DNA of 64,000 nucleotides from Convolutriloba macropyga (Eukaryota): NCBI RefSeq assembly GCF_964194025.1, contig NC_134471.1, positions 55,242,001 to 55,306,000 of the forward strand, read 5' to 3'. Shown piece by piece: positions 63,294 to 64,000 of this stretch (position 1 is its first letter; each line of letters starts with the position of its first letter). The notes under the pieces were generated by a model. It saw only the letters and a program-made list of their open reading frames with translations, ran no database searches and was not told where the DNA came from. The position numbers and the translations under genes were made by a program.

Positions 63294-64000
63294 ATGAAAT
63301 AGAAATCCCCATTATAAAAAATAAACTGAATTTCCTTCCTTATCAATATGGAATTTTTTAGTTTTTATTACTCATATTACAGCTAATAATTTTCCCTCTG
63401 ATGATATATATGATTTTTCGAATAAATTGTGAGTTATTCACTACAATTGCTCCCAAACTGATGACGAAAACATTTATGTCTTAAGTAAATTGGCTCCCTG
63501 CAAATTTACTTCCAAAAACATTCAAATGGTAGATAATCAAGTTACTCTTCACCAAAGATCTTACCGAACATTTAATTAAGTACCAACGTGCAAGGCAAAT
63601 GCGTTGGTTTTGCGTAAAAGTTTTAATAAATGGTCAAAGCTTTCTTTTGTACCCAATGCTCCCAGAAATACATACGATTTAATCATTTTTCCAGAATAAT
63701 ATTTGCAAGCTAACACAACCGGAAAACATTACAAACATAACTAAGGTTTGTAATGAAATAGGCGTTTACATCAAAAATAGTGTAACCAAAGTGACGCACC
63801 ACAAACACCACAACAATTCTTTGCAAAACAATTTTTTCAAACACTTTTTGTTGAACATGAAAATAGCTTAAGTGTTTATGAATTCAAACGAGTGCCGTCT
63901 GCTGATCAAGATAATTCAGACGCCTATAGTGGCTTCCAACACGAAAAACATGTAGTGAAAGATAAGTTGGATTATGACGTTATTATCGCGGAAAAAATGC
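63294..64000 (+). pseudogene. env-like glycoprotein, N-terminus joined to mid-region, copy 9 (runs off window)
   Basis: IHYNCSQ...LSKLAPCKFTSKNIQMVDNQVTLHQRSYRTF, then VEHENSLSVYEFKR...DKLDYDVII. Confidence 0.65.

Larger units (their letters stand above)
41050..64000 (+). repeat. Complex tandem array of LTR-retroelement fragments (periods ~2.68 kb x2, ~1.79 kb x3, ~1.0 kb x2, ~2.5-2.6 kb x4)
   Basis: Anchors: ttgaatc.aatgccggagacatg at ~41055/43735; caagggaaaag at ~43410/45982/47772/49562; cgtacaagaacaaa at ~52236/53247; tgactacagaaccag at ~54422/56877/59437/62076. Confidence 0.9.

Noticed and set aside
46598-64000. A domesticated, functional env (syncytin-like) gene
   Set aside because: Every copy is partial and carries multiple stops/frameshifts.

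Overview
AT-rich, transposon-dense eukaryotic (animal-like) genomic window with no prokaryotic features. (1) About 300-2600: badly decayed minus-strand non-LTR retrotransposon. (2) 7128-8396: two intact, intronless, tandem genes for a secreted prepro-peptide with a 4-Cys C-terminal domain, the only convincing functional host genes. (3) 10551-27078: a complete 16,528-bp Polinton/Maverick (adintovirus-like) element. It has 158-bp TIRs, a 6-bp TSD (TATGCT) and the full virus-like gene set: packaging ATPase, RVE integrase, minor and major capsid, adenain protease and pPolB. Most core genes are disrupted, the pPolB carries two GT-AG introns, and accessory genes include a HUH-like protein. (4) 28000-41000: MITEs, a non-autonomous repeat, a hAT relic and a decayed Mag-type Ty3/Gypsy element with both LTRs. 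(5) 41050-64000: a tandemly amplified mosaic of BEL/Pao integrase fragments (minus strand) and the 3' part of a Ty3/Gypsy element (plus strand) whose env resembles a chuvirus-like class III fusion glycoprotein, present as about 9 decayed partial copies. All family assignments come from motif recognition by eye; no database search was run.
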